This document shows, piece by piece, positions 40,348-49,855 of a stretch of 64,000 nucleotides of DNA. Position 1 is the stretch's first letter; every line of letters starts with the position of its first letter. The translations under genes and the position numbers were made by a program. The DNA comes from an uncultured Desulfospira sp. (GTDB taxonomy: Bacteria; Desulfobacterota; Desulfobacteria; Desulfobacterales; Desulfobacteraceae), in assembly GCA_963663165.1 (NCBI GenBank), contig OY760175.1:2016001-2080000 (forward strand), given 5' to 3'. Below the pieces are notes generated by a model. That model did no database searches, had not been told where the DNA came from, and worked only from the letters and a program-made list of their open reading frames with translations.

Positions 40348-40539
40348 ATGGATATTAATGAATTATTTGATGGAATTGCCGAGGCGTTTCGACAGTATCA
40401 GGCGGAAATGGCAGAGCAGGGGCAGGCTTCAGCCAACCCGACTCCCATCGGACTTGAGCCCGAAAAGGAATCTGAAAAAACAGAGATAATAATGCCGACA
40501 GAGAAGGAAGTTGAACAAGATTTCCCGAAACGGGAGTGA
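40348..40539 (+). CDS. Small acidic hypothetical protein
   Basis: 63-aa ORF with RBS aggaga. Confidence 0.45.
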   Translation: MDINELFDGIAEAFRQYQAEMAEQGQASANPTPIGLEPEKESEKTEIIMPTEKEVEQDFPKRE

Positions 40540-40591
40540 TTGCAGCGTATTCGGATGGATGCTTTTATCAGCGTAAGATACTAATTTATCG

Positions 40592-40644
40592 AAACAAAAA
40601 AACCGATTCTGTTTGCCGGACTCGGTAACAGGATCGGTTTGTTT
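40592..40644 (-). terminator. Terminator downstream of ssrA
   Basis: aaaccgattctgtt...aacaggatcggttt hairpin with A tract on + strand (U tract on -). Confidence 0.7.
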
Positions 40645-40653
40645 AAATATTGA

Positions 40654-41009
40654 TGGTGGAGGCGGCGGGAGTTGAACCCGCGTCCGAAGACAATCTTCCC
40701 AGGCTTCTACATACTTATCCTGAACTTTGTAATTGACCTAAAAGGCCCCTTCAGGATGGGTTCTTTTAGGCATAGCCTGAAAAATTCAACCGTTAAAGTT
40801 CAGACATCTTTAACGGCGGTCCTGCAATTATGACGTTCTGATCCGGATCTGCAGGAGGGATGCCGGGAGAACGGAAGCCGGTTTAAGCGGCTACAGCGTA
40901 GTTATAATCATCTGCGATTATATTTAAACTTTGCCAAGTTTACGAGTCGGCAAAACACTCGGTATGCTACCATAGGCTTCAAAATCTCCGTCGAAGCCAT
41001 TTCGCCCCC
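40654..41009 (-). ncRNA. ssrA: tmRNA; tag peptide (A)ADDYNYAVAA encoded at 40915-40883
   Basis: 5' GGGGGCGAAATGGCTTCGAC; 3' GCGGGTTCAACTCCCGCCGCCTCCACCA; adjacent to smpB. Confidence 0.97.
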
Positions 41010-41077
41010 AAATTGTAAAAGATCAGTGATCAATCAGTATAATAAACCGGCCTCAGGGGAAGTCAATCCCCTGCCCG

Positions 41078-41539
41078 TTAATATTTCTTTTTCTCCCGGT
41101 CCAGGTCCCGCTTGACATCCCGCTGTTTGATGGTCTCGCGCTTGTCATACAGTTTTTTGCCCTTGCCAAGTCCGATGAGCACCTTGATTTTGTCGTTCTT
41201 AAAATAAATTTTCAAAGGAACCAGGGTATACCCCTTTTCCTTTATTTTGCCGATCAACTTGCGAATTTCATAATTGTGAAGCAGCAGCTTCCGGGTCCGC
41301 ATGGCCTCGTGATTGGCGTTATAGGCATACTTGTAAGGCGAGATGTGAAGCTGGCGCAAGAACACTTCGCCCCGCTTAATGTCGGCATAGGAATCCTGAA
41401 AGCTGACCCGGCCTTCCCGTATGGACTTGACCTCGGAACCCACCAGAACAATGCCGGCTTCATATTCATCATCAATATGGTAATTGTGCCGGGCTTTTTT
41501 GTTGGAGGCGATTAATTTAATGTAGTCCTTTTCGGTCAT
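41078..41539 (-). CDS. smpB: SsrA-binding protein
   Basis: NKKARHNY, EAGIVLVGSEVKSIR, RKLLLH and GKKLYDKR. Confidence 0.98.
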   Translation of the reverse strand: MTEKDYIKLIASNKKARHNYHIDDEYEAGIVLVGSEVKSIREGRVSFQDSYADIKRGEVFLRQLHISPYKYAYNANHEAMRTRKLLLHNYEIRKLIGKIKEKGYTLVPLKIYFKNDKIKVLIGLGKGKKLYDKRETIKQRDVKRDLDREKKKY

Positions 41540-43311
41540 TGGGCCTCTTCAGGTTCTTTATTGGGAAGGATGTCTTTATAGGCATTCTGGATATGGCGGG
41601 TGATTTCCTCAACCGTCATAAACTTCAGGGCCTGGTCAACTACTTTCTGGTTTTCCCTGACATCCAGGTCCCGGATAATTTTTTTAACCACAGGGATGGA
41701 GGCCGAGTTCATGGACAGGTTTCTTAACCCAAGCCCGATCAGAACCGGAATGTTGATGGGATCGCCGGCCATTTCACCGCACATCACCAGTTCAATGCCG
41801 CTTTGACTGGCCGCATCCACCGTCATTTTAATCATTCTCAGGACCGCCGGGTTCAGGGCCTGGTACAGGTGGGCCACCCGCCGGTTTCTCCGGTCAATGG
41901 CCATGGAGTACTGGATCAGGTCATTGGTCCCGATGCTGAAAAAATCCACCTGGGCAGCCAGCTCCTGGGCCATCATAACCGCTGAGGGCACCTCTATCAT
42001 GATCCCTAGGGGGATATCCTTGTTGAAAATCTTGCTCTCTTCAGTGAGTTTTTGGACGGCCAGGGCAATGGCCTCCTTGACCCGGATAAGCTCTTCAACG
42101 CAGGAAATCATGGGAATGAGCAGCTTGATGTTGCCAAAGGCGGCTGCCCTTAAAATGGCTTTGATCTGGGTAACAAATATGGCCTGATTCTCAAGGCAGA
42201 AGCGGACTGCCCGAAGCCCTAACGCCGGGTTGGCCTCTTCTACCGGATCAATATACGGGTTGAATTTGTCGCCGTTGATGTCAAGGGTTCTGATGGTCAC
42301 CGGCCCAGGATTCATAATTTCAACCAGTTCTTTATACTTTTGCAGCAGCTCTTCCTCTGTGGGGAACCGCTTCAAATCCAGATACAGAAACTCGGTCCTG
42401 AACAGGCCAATACCCGTGGCGCCGTTGTCTTTGGCCGCCACCACCTCTTCCACAAGCTCAATGTTGGCCATCAGGTTAAAGGAGACATTATCCCGGGTCA
42501 CCGCAGGCAGGTGGCTGTCCCGTTCAAGGTTGGCCCGGTAGGCGGCAAACCGTGCCATCCGGTCTTCATATTTGAACAGGGTTTCCTCGTCAGGGTTGAC
42601 AATGATAATCCCGGAAGACCCATCCACAATAAGGATATCATCGTTGTTTATCCTGACCGTTGCTTTCCCAAGCCCCATGACAGAGGGGATTTTCAAAGAT
42701 TTGGCCACAATGGCGGTGTGGGAGTCCCGGCCGCCCCGGTCGGTAATAAAGCCTTTGATGGTTTCCAGCTGGATCTGGCTGGCATCGGCCGGGGTCAGGT
42801 CATGGGCCACCAGAATCACCCGTTTGTCAATGTCGGCTATTTTGATGTCCTTGGCACCGATCAGATAGGACATGATCTTGTCGGAAACCTGGACAATATC
42901 GTTGACCCTGGCCTGAAGATATTCGTCATCCACCTGCTGGAACATGAGCTTGATGTCCCGGGAGACTTTTCTTAAGGCCCATTCCGCATTGATTTTTTCT
43001 GTGGAAATGGTGTCAATGGTCCGGCCGTAAAGCATTTTGTCCTTGAACAGGATCATGTGGGTTTCAAGGATGTTCAGGTTTTCAGTGAAATCAGCCCCCA
43101 AAGACGCAATAATTTTGGCATGGTCATTTTTTGCCCGGGTCACGGCATTTTTAAACCGGTCGATTTCTGCGGGGACCATGGAATCACACAGGGGATACCG
43201 CTCAATGATATTGACCCCTTCCCGCTCCACAAGGTATGCCTTGCCAATACAAATCCCTGGAGAACCGCCGATTCCGCGAAGAACTAACTGTGCCGGGCCA
43301 CCATCACTCAT
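41536..43311 (-). CDS. ptsI: PEP-protein phosphotransferase (PTS enzyme I)
   Basis: GGRDSHTAI (phospho-His), GLFRTEF, SIGTNDLIQY and CGEMAGD. Confidence 0.95.
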   Translation of the reverse strand: MSDGGPAQLVLRGIGGSPGICIGKAYLVEREGVNIIERYPLCDSMVPAEIDRFKNAVTRAKNDHAKIIASLGADFTENLNILETHMILFKDKMLYGRTIDTISTEKINAEWALRKVSRDIKLMFQQVDDEYLQARVNDIVQVSDKIMSYLIGAKDIKIADIDKRVILVAHDLTPADASQIQLETIKGFITDRGGRDSHTAIVAKSLKIPSVMGLGKATVRINNDDILIVDGSSGIIIVNPDEETLFKYEDRMARFAAYRANLERDSHLPAVTRDNVSFNLMANIELVEEVVAAKDNGATGIGLFRTEFLYLDLKRFPTEEELLQKYKELVEIMNPGPVTIRTLDINGDKFNPYIDPVEEANPALGLRAVRFCLENQAIFVTQIKAILRAAAFGNIKLLIPMISCVEELIRVKEAIALAVQKLTEESKIFNKDIPLGIMIEVPSAVMMAQELAAQVDFFSIGTNDLIQYSMAIDRRNRRVAHLYQALNPAVLRMIKMTVDAASQSGIELVMCGEMAGDPINIPVLIGLGLRNLSMNSASIPVVKKIIRDLDVRENQKVVDQALKFMTVEEITRHIQNAYKDILPNKEPEEAQ

Positions 43312-43601
43312 TTTTCTATTTCTCCAAAACCTTTCTTAAAAAAGGCTTGAATATCATTAATAATGTTTTCATCTTCCAGGGTATCGGCCCTGATTTCAAT
43401 TAAGGCCCCCTTTACCGCATTCAGGGTTAAAATATCGATAATACTTGAGGCATCCACCTGGGACGAACCATTGCACAGCCTGATTTCGCCCTTGGCTTCC
43501 ATGGCCATTGCCGCGATCTTTGCAGCCGGCCTGGCATGCATGCCTAACTCATTGATAATGGTGGCCTTCAGAGACAATACCGCTTCTTTTTTCAATCTCA
43601 A
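43308..43601 (-). CDS. ptsH: HPr phosphocarrier protein (start uncertain)
   Basis: NELGMHARPAA and DASSII motifs. Confidence 0.88.
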   Translation of the reverse strand: MRLKKEAVLSLKATIINELGMHARPAAKIAAMAMEAKGEIRLCNGSSQVDASSIIDILTLNAVKGALIEIRADTLEDENIINDIQAFFKKGFGEIEK

Positions 43602-43932
43602 CCCTTTTATCCGGAAAAATTTTTTTCTCTCTTTATATTTTTCCATTAAAAAAGTCAATGTTATCCGACTGCCAAAACCGGCCAATCGCATGTAACTTTC
43701 ATTCAGTTTAAATTTACCAAATGCAATTTCAGTGCGCCGCACTGAAACCCTGTGTTTCTCTGTGTTGCTCTGGGGTTAATTGAAAAAAAATGGGCAACGC
43801 CCACAATTTTAACAAACCAGGGGGGAATAAAAACATTTCCATCCCTTCGGGACTTCTTGTTTTTAAACCACACAGAGGGGCTATGCCCTAGGACAAGAAC
43901 TAACAGAACCGAACCTGGCCGCATGTCTCCAA

Positions 43933-46900
43933 TCATCCGGTCATCCTGACTTTTGAAGAAAAAAACACGGTGTTTTGGGGAAAAGCCTTTAAGCCCATCC
44001 TGGAGGCAATATCTTTTTTTGCCAGATTAATATTTTGAAATGTTTGCCCCTCTTTGTGCGGCATGCAAAACATTTCTCCCCAATCGTTTAAATATACGGC
44101 ACAATAATCCATGACGTTTTCAGAATACCGGTCCGTATAAAAATTTACGGATACGAACAGACAGGCCACACGGGGCGATACCCTTTCCAAATCCGCATAC
44201 CGGCGGGTTATGGTCCTTGCCTTTAAAAAAAAGTCATTCATGGCATCATAAAGTTTTTTAATGGCGTCATGGGTGACCGGCGTTGGATTAGGAATCAGGT
44301 TAATCATGGGGGATTCTTCATAAAGCTGATTGCTGATGATCCAGGCCCCCATCTCTTCAATGGTTTCACAAATGATCAACGGGGTTTCAAACCGTTTTCC
44401 CGCCGCGGTGTCCGTATAGAACAATTCCCAGCACCAGGCGGATTGGGGCCCGGGCAGACAGCGGATATAAAGCTTTGGAAAATGCCGGTGCCGCCGGGAA
44501 ACCAGCAGCAGTTTTTTTATTTTAAAGGGCTTGGCCTGGAACTCTACCTGGACCTTTCGTTCCAGTATGCTTCTGTCCGATTCTGAAATCATCTGGCCCT
44601 GGGAACTGCTCTTAAATTCCTGATGCACTTTCTGGTATTTTTCCAGCATATACTTTTCCAGTGTTTCAGACAGCCGCCGAAGGGATGCATATTTCCACTG
44701 CCTGAACCGGCCGATTTCAATCATCTTGTCCTGGCTCCATCCCCAATTGGACAGGCATTTATCCAGAATAATCTGCCGTAACCCGAAGGCGGTCCCCTCA
44801 ATTTCCTTTGGGTCTGTGATTTCAAGCTTTAAAAAAAAGCAGGTTAAAATAAGGTTCACAGACCGGGCGTCATTGTTCTGGGTGAAAAAAGCCAGCAGGT
44901 GATTCAGCAGGATAATATAAGAATCGTTCTGGGTGAGCTGAAGTCTTGTACCGCCATTCATCCACTCGTTTTTATACTGGTTGCATAATAAAAATTCTTT
45001 GCCGTAAGAGGCAATATACTTTTCCAGCAAGGCCATTTTAATGATGGATTTAAAGGGACTTTTCAACCATTTAAACATCTGCCACATGGAGGCCCCGAAA
45101 TATTCGTTTACAGGGATGGCGTGGATGTCGCCAAGGTCAATGTACCGTGCCATGGCCGAAATTCTGCCAGTCCGCTCATTGATCAGGTTGTAGTAGTTCA
45201 GGCTGACCGCCGTGGGCAGCACCGCCCACAGGGGCAGGCGGCCGGCCACCTGAATCATGGTCCGGTAGAACTCCTCTTTTAAAAGCCTGGCCTGGGCTGA
45301 GCCGGAACTTTCCGAGCTGAACCCGCCAAAATCGTTGTTCCGGGCGCTTAAAATATCCACCAGAAAAAAGGTGACGCTGATCCTGAATTTTTCCTTTGCC
45401 AGGGTTTCAAGGCAGGACAGTTTGTTTTCAAGCAGGCGGATTTCCTCTGATGTCATCCGGTCTTTATAAATGCAGACCCAGTAATCAATATCTGATTCAC
45501 GGGTCTGGGCAACCGAGCCGATGCTGCCCATGGTAAACACCCCCTCAATCCGGGGGGATGCATTTTTTTTCAGGCGGATGCTCTGTTTGTCCACATACTT
45601 TTCAAGAACCGCAAATATTGGGGGGGGCGGCTGGTAATCGGCAATGCCGCAGGGGGTCCCGGGGTCGGGGCATTTTAAATCCAGAAACTCAATATTTTCA
45701 TGGAGCAGGAACGGAACGGCCTGGAAAAAATCGGCCTGGGCCGGGCGGAAGATATCATAGGCCGTCAACAGGCTGAGCTGATTCTGTTTGAAAAACATCC
45801 CTTCCCCGTGGTGGATAAATTCACAGAAAATCAGTTGGTTAATGGTTTTCACCACCTCATTTTCAATATGGGGAAGGTCGGTTAGATCCGGCTGATACCG
45901 CCGGGCGTTGAACTTCATATCCTGGGACCGAAGTTTTGGCGTTAAATGGGGTGGAAATCGTGAAAATCTGGCCATGGCCCCATGAAAATCGGCATATTCA
46001 AGGCAGGCGTCTAAAAAAGAAACCCCGGAAATTCTGGCATTTGAAAAATCCGCATAATTCAGATGGGTTAAGGAAAATTTGGACCTTGATATTTTGGCAT
46101 CAATGAACAGGCAGCCGGTCATTACCGCCTGGGAAAAATCAGATTCAATGAGGTCAGCCCCCTGAAAACAGCAGTTTTTAAACACGCTTTTCCGGGCCTT
46201 TGTCCGGATCATGACGGCATTGTCAAACCCAATGTTCTCAAACATGGCCTCATCAAAATTAACATTGATCAGGATACAATTTTTAAAATATACGTTTCGA
46301 AAGTATGATCCGGACAGGTCACAGTTTTTTAATGTGGCATCACCAAAAAAAACGGGGGCCCCGGAAAAGGTCCGGTTTGACAAATCCTCGCCTTCAATGA
46401 CCTGGCCTTTAAAGTTCAGGCTTTCTTTCTGTTCAGCGTTTCTCAGCTCTTTGAGCCGTTTTTCTTCGGGCGACTTAAGCAGGGAAAACCGCCTTGCTTT
46501 AGGGGCGGCTTTGGGCGGTTGCCCGGACTTGCCCAAAAAGGAAGCCCCAGCCTGTTCAATATTCTTTTTTTCCTTTGCCAGCAGGGTCCGGGCCTTTTCT
46601 AAAAAGTGGGCCGTATCCGGGTTTAAGGCCTCTTTGTTGCGGGCAAAATTCTCGGCAATGGCCCGGGCCACACGCTCGGGCCTTTTCCTGACCATGCCCA
46701 GCACACAGGCAAGGTTGATATCCGGCAGCTGTTCAAGATACCATTCCTGGTTTAAGGCAATATCCTGGATGACCATAAACGAAACCCGGGACAACTGTGA
46801 AATGTGTTCGCGGATGCCGGGCAGAAATTCAGGATATTTTTCCTTGATCAGGCAGATGATTTTCCGGGGGGGCATTTTGCCCGTCACCACCAGGGCCTTG

Positions 46901-47811
46901 AAGCACTGAACCCCTTCTGACGGATCACAGGCGTCCAGCTGTTTTAAAATCGGATCAAACATCTGGGGATACACCCCTACCGCTGAATTCTCCACGATCT
47001 GATACACAACGGTTCTCAGCTTTTTCACATCCTGGTTTTCAAGGGTTTGGGAAAGCACCTGCCAGGGGACTTTGTCCGCGACGACGGCCAGGGCTTTGAG
47101 CCCGACGGCTTTAACCGCCGGAAAATTTGAAGCCGCCTCATTTTCAAGCAGGCTGTCCGCTGAGCGCAACCGGGGTTTGATATGGTTTAAGAACGGGTCG
47201 ACATCCTGATTCAGGTCAAACAGCCCGGCATAATACGCGGTCACCGTTTCCCGGCTTTGGACCCGCTTTAATATGGGTTTAAACAGTTCCGCATAGGCCA
47301 GGCGGATCTCCGGGCTTTCACTGATGTACCGGCCCGTAAAATTCAAACGAAGGGGATCGGAAGCCGTATAAAGAATCTTTTGGACGGTATCCTCACTCAC
47401 CGACTCAAGCAGCAGCGCCTTAAAGGCAAATCCCGCCCCCCGTTCACCAAGTTCCAGGAGAAGTTTGAACAGATAGCTTTGTTCATCAAACCGCATCCCG
47501 GGACGGATCTGCTGAAAAATTTTAGCCCCCACCCGGGCCGACTCCCTGATCCCGGCGGCATAATTTTCTTTATCTTCAGGCAAAGATAAGAGCCCCTGAA
47601 TCCGCTGGATGATCTGATTTAACAAGGTCCTTGCCAGGGAGCGCATCTCAAATTGATAGGACAATACCCCCTCTAAGGCCGGAAGGACCGCCAAAGACGG
47701 GGCAAGTTCATGGGCGGATTTCAGCAGGCTGACTTTCTGATTTTCATTTAATTTGTTCCATATGGCGTCAAATGTATCATGGGTAATTTCAATTTCAGGG
47801 GATGGGGGCAT
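43933..47811 (-). CDS. cyaA: Class I adenylate cyclase with helical N-terminus and pentapeptide repeats
   Basis: PFLLH, MGSIGSVAQTRESDIDYWV, LLKEEFYRT and SPFKSIIK; central pentapeptide repeats. Confidence 0.9.
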   Translation of the reverse strand: MPPSPEIEITHDTFDAIWNKLNENQKVSLLKSAHELAPSLAVLPALEGVLSYQFEMRSLARTLLNQIIQRIQGLLSLPEDKENYAAGIRESARVGAKIFQQIRPGMRFDEQSYLFKLLLELGERGAGFAFKALLLESVSEDTVQKILYTASDPLRLNFTGRYISESPEIRLAYAELFKPILKRVQSRETVTAYYAGLFDLNQDVDPFLNHIKPRLRSADSLLENEAASNFPAVKAVGLKALAVVADKVPWQVLSQTLENQDVKKLRTVVYQIVENSAVGVYPQMFDPILKQLDACDPSEGVQCFKALVVTGKMPPRKIICLIKEKYPEFLPGIREHISQLSRVSFMVIQDIALNQEWYLEQLPDINLACVLGMVRKRPERVARAIAENFARNKEALNPDTAHFLEKARTLLAKEKKNIEQAGASFLGKSGQPPKAAPKARRFSLLKSPEEKRLKELRNAEQKESLNFKGQVIEGEDLSNRTFSGAPVFFGDATLKNCDLSGSYFRNVYFKNCILINVNFDEAMFENIGFDNAVMIRTKARKSVFKNCCFQGADLIESDFSQAVMTGCLFIDAKISRSKFSLTHLNYADFSNARISGVSFLDACLEYADFHGAMARFSRFPPHLTPKLRSQDMKFNARRYQPDLTDLPHIENEVVKTINQLIFCEFIHHGEGMFFKQNQLSLLTAYDIFRPAQADFFQAVPFLLHENIEFLDLKCPDPGTPCGIADYQPPPPIFAVLEKYVDKQSIRLKKNASPRIEGVFTMGSIGSVAQTRESDIDYWVCIYKDRMTSEEIRLLENKLSCLETLAKEKFRISVTFFLVDILSARNNDFGGFSSESSGSAQARLLKEEFYRTMIQVAGRLPLWAVLPTAVSLNYYNLINERTGRISAMARYIDLGDIHAIPVNEYFGASMWQMFKWLKSPFKSIIKMALLEKYIASYGKEFLLCNQYKNEWMNGGTRLQLTQNDSYIILLNHLLAFFTQNNDARSVNLILTCFFLKLEITDPKEIEGTAFGLRQIILDKCLSNWGWSQDKMIEIGRFRQWKYASLRRLSETLEKYMLEKYQKVHQEFKSSSQGQMISESDRSILERKVQVEFQAKPFKIKKLLLVSRRHRHFPKLYIRCLPGPQSAWCWELFYTDTAAGKRFETPLIICETIEEMGAWIISNQLYEESPMINLIPNPTPVTHDAIKKLYDAMNDFFLKARTITRRYADLERVSPRVACLFVSVNFYTDRYSENVMDYCAVYLNDWGEMFCMPHKEGQTFQNINLAKKDIASRMGLKAFPQNTVFFSSKVRMTG

Positions 47812-47899
47812 ATGACTTGTTTTTACATTTTTTATTAAAAATGGTATACGGGGTTGTTTATTTCCAAGTTTTAACCAGAGTATCATAAAACCGGCATTT

Positions 47900-49855
47900 A
47901 TGAAATTATTTGATCAAGAAACGTCAAGGGTCCAGCCAGGTTCCGCCTATGATGCGGAATCCATTGAAATCCTCAAGGGACTGGACCCGGTCCGGCGAAG
48001 ACCGGGCATGTATACAGACACCCAAAGCCCGAACCATCTGGCCTTTGAAGTCATTGACAACAGTGTGGATGAGGCCATTGCCGGCTTTGCCGACACCATC
48101 AGCGTCTGCCTGACAAAAGAAAACAGCCTCCGGGTGTGTGACAACGGCAGGGGCATGCCCGTGGACATCCATCCTGAAGAGGGGATTTCAGGGGTCGAGC
48201 TGATCATGACCAAACTCCACGCCGGGGCCAAATTTTCCAACAAGGATTATGCCTTTTCCGGGGGACTTCACGGGGTGGGGGTGTCGGTTGTCAATGCCCT
48301 TTCCTTAAAAATGGACATTACCATTAAACGGGACGGGAACCAGTATCACATTGAATTTGAAAACGGGGTTAAAACCCGCGACCTTGAAATCACCGGCACG
48401 GCCGGAAAGACTGAAACCGGCACCAGTGTCGAATTTTTTCCCAACCCGGATTATTTTGACTCCCCCAAGTTCTCCACCACGGCCATTAAGGCCGCATTAA
48501 AGTCTAAGGCCGTTCTCTGCCCGGGCCTTAAGGCATTCTTTATCAATGAGGCCACCGGAGAAGAGCAGACCTGGTTTTACGCCTTAGGCCTTGATGCCTA
48601 CCTGTCCGAGCAGATGAAAGAGACCCCCTGCCTGTTTGACACCCCCTTTACCGGCACATATGAAAAAGAGGACTTTCAGATTGTATGGGCTGTGAACTGG
48701 GCGTCTGAACACCGGGATGCTGTTGAGGAAAGCTATGTCAACCTGATTCCCACAAAGCTTGGCGGCACCCACGTCAACGGGTTCAGGTCCGGGCTGCTGG
48801 AATCGGTCAGGGAATTTTGCAAATTCAGAAACCTTCTGCCCAAAGGGCTTTTTCTGGCCCCCGAAGATATCTGGTCCAACGTGGGATATGTGCTGTCGGT
48901 AAAGCTGTCCGACCCCCAGTTCTCAGGCCAGACAAAAGAACGGCTTTCTTCAAGGCATTGTGCCAGCCTGGTCAACATTAATGTCCGGGACCGGTTCAGC
49001 CTCTGGCTTAACCAGAATGTGGCCCAGGGCGAGGCCTTGGCGGAAATGGCCATTGAAAATGCCAGGGCCCGGGTCAGAAAATCCAAAAAAGTGGCCCAGA
49101 AGCAGGCCACCGGCGGCCGGACCCTGCCGGCCAAGCTGTCCGACTGCACCAGTTCTGACCAGCACCTTCGCGAACTCTTCTTTGTGGAGGGAGACTCGGC
49201 CGGAGGCTCCGCCAAACAGGCCAGGGACCGGCGGTTTCAAGCGGTCATGCCCTTGAGGGGGAAAATCATGAACACCTGGGATCTGTCCTCTTCTGAAATT
49301 ATTTCTTCCAAAGAAATCATGGATATTGCCCAGGTTCTCGGGGTAATGCCCGGCCAGGAGGACATTTCCAAATTAAGGTACAACAAAATCTGTATTCTGG
49401 CCGATGCCGATTCAGACGGGCTTCACATCGCCACCTTGCTTTGCGCCCTGTTTCTCAAGCATTTCCCCAAGGTGGTTGAAAAAGGCCATGTATTTATGGC
49501 CATGCCCCCCCTTTACCGGATTGACGCGGGAAAGGAAATCTTTTACGCTCTGGACGATGATGAAAAACAGGCCATTATCAAACGGATAGAACGAAGAAAG
49601 AAAAAGGCCAAAATCAATGTCCAGCGTTTCAAAGGCCTGGGAGAAATGAACCCGTCCCAGCTCAAGGAAACCACCATTGCCCCGGATTCCAGGCGGCTGG
49701 TCCAGCTGCTGGTCAATAATGATGCCGATGAAGAGGGGGCACTTTCCTGGGCCAGGGCCCATGAGGTCATGGACATGCTCCTGGGAAAGAAACGGGCCAA
49801 AGACAGAAAAAAATGGATTGAAACCAACGGCAGCATCAAAGAGATCGCATCATGA
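47900..49855 (+). CDS. parE: DNA topoisomerase IV subunit B
   Basis: [36 protein letters not shown] and DADSDG. Confidence 0.95.
   Translation: MKLFDQETSRVQPGSAYDAESIEILKGLDPVRRRPGMYTDTQSPNHLAFEVIDNSVDEAIAGFADTISVCLTKENSLRVCDNGRGMPVDIHPEEGISGVELIMTKLHAGAKFSNKDYAFSGGLHGVGVSVVNALSLKMDITIKRDGNQYHIEFENGVKTRDLEITGTAGKTETGTSVEFFPNPDYFDSPKFSTTAIKAALKSKAVLCPGLKAFFINEATGEEQTWFYALGLDAYLSEQMKETPCLFDTPFTGTYEKEDFQIVWAVNWASEHRDAVEESYVNLIPTKLGGTHVNGFRSGLLESVREFCKFRNLLPKGLFLAPEDIWSNVGYVLSVKLSDPQFSGQTKERLSSRHCASLVNINVRDRFSLWLNQNVAQGEALAEMAIENARARVRKSKKVAQKQATGGRTLPAKLSDCTSSDQHLRELFFVEGDSAGGSAKQARDRRFQAVMPLRGKIMNTWDLSSSEIISSKEIMDIAQVLGVMPGQEDISKLRYNKICILADADSDGLHIATLLCALFLKHFPKVVEKGHVFMAMPPLYRIDAGKEIFYALDDDEKQAIIKRIERRKKKAKINVQRFKGLGEMNPSQLKETTIAPDSRRLVQLLVNNDADEEGALSWARAHEVMDMLLGKKRAKDRKKWIETNGSIKEIAS

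Larger units (their letters stand above)
27420..40590. mobile_element. Decayed defence/genomic island adjoining the tmRNA 3' end (no integrase seen; boundaries approximate)
   Basis: Cargo of RM, RadC, RhuM, Fic, pRiA4b ORF-3 and Xis-like HTH genes; pseudogenes; AT-rich hsdS; position next to ssrA. Confidence 0.75.
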
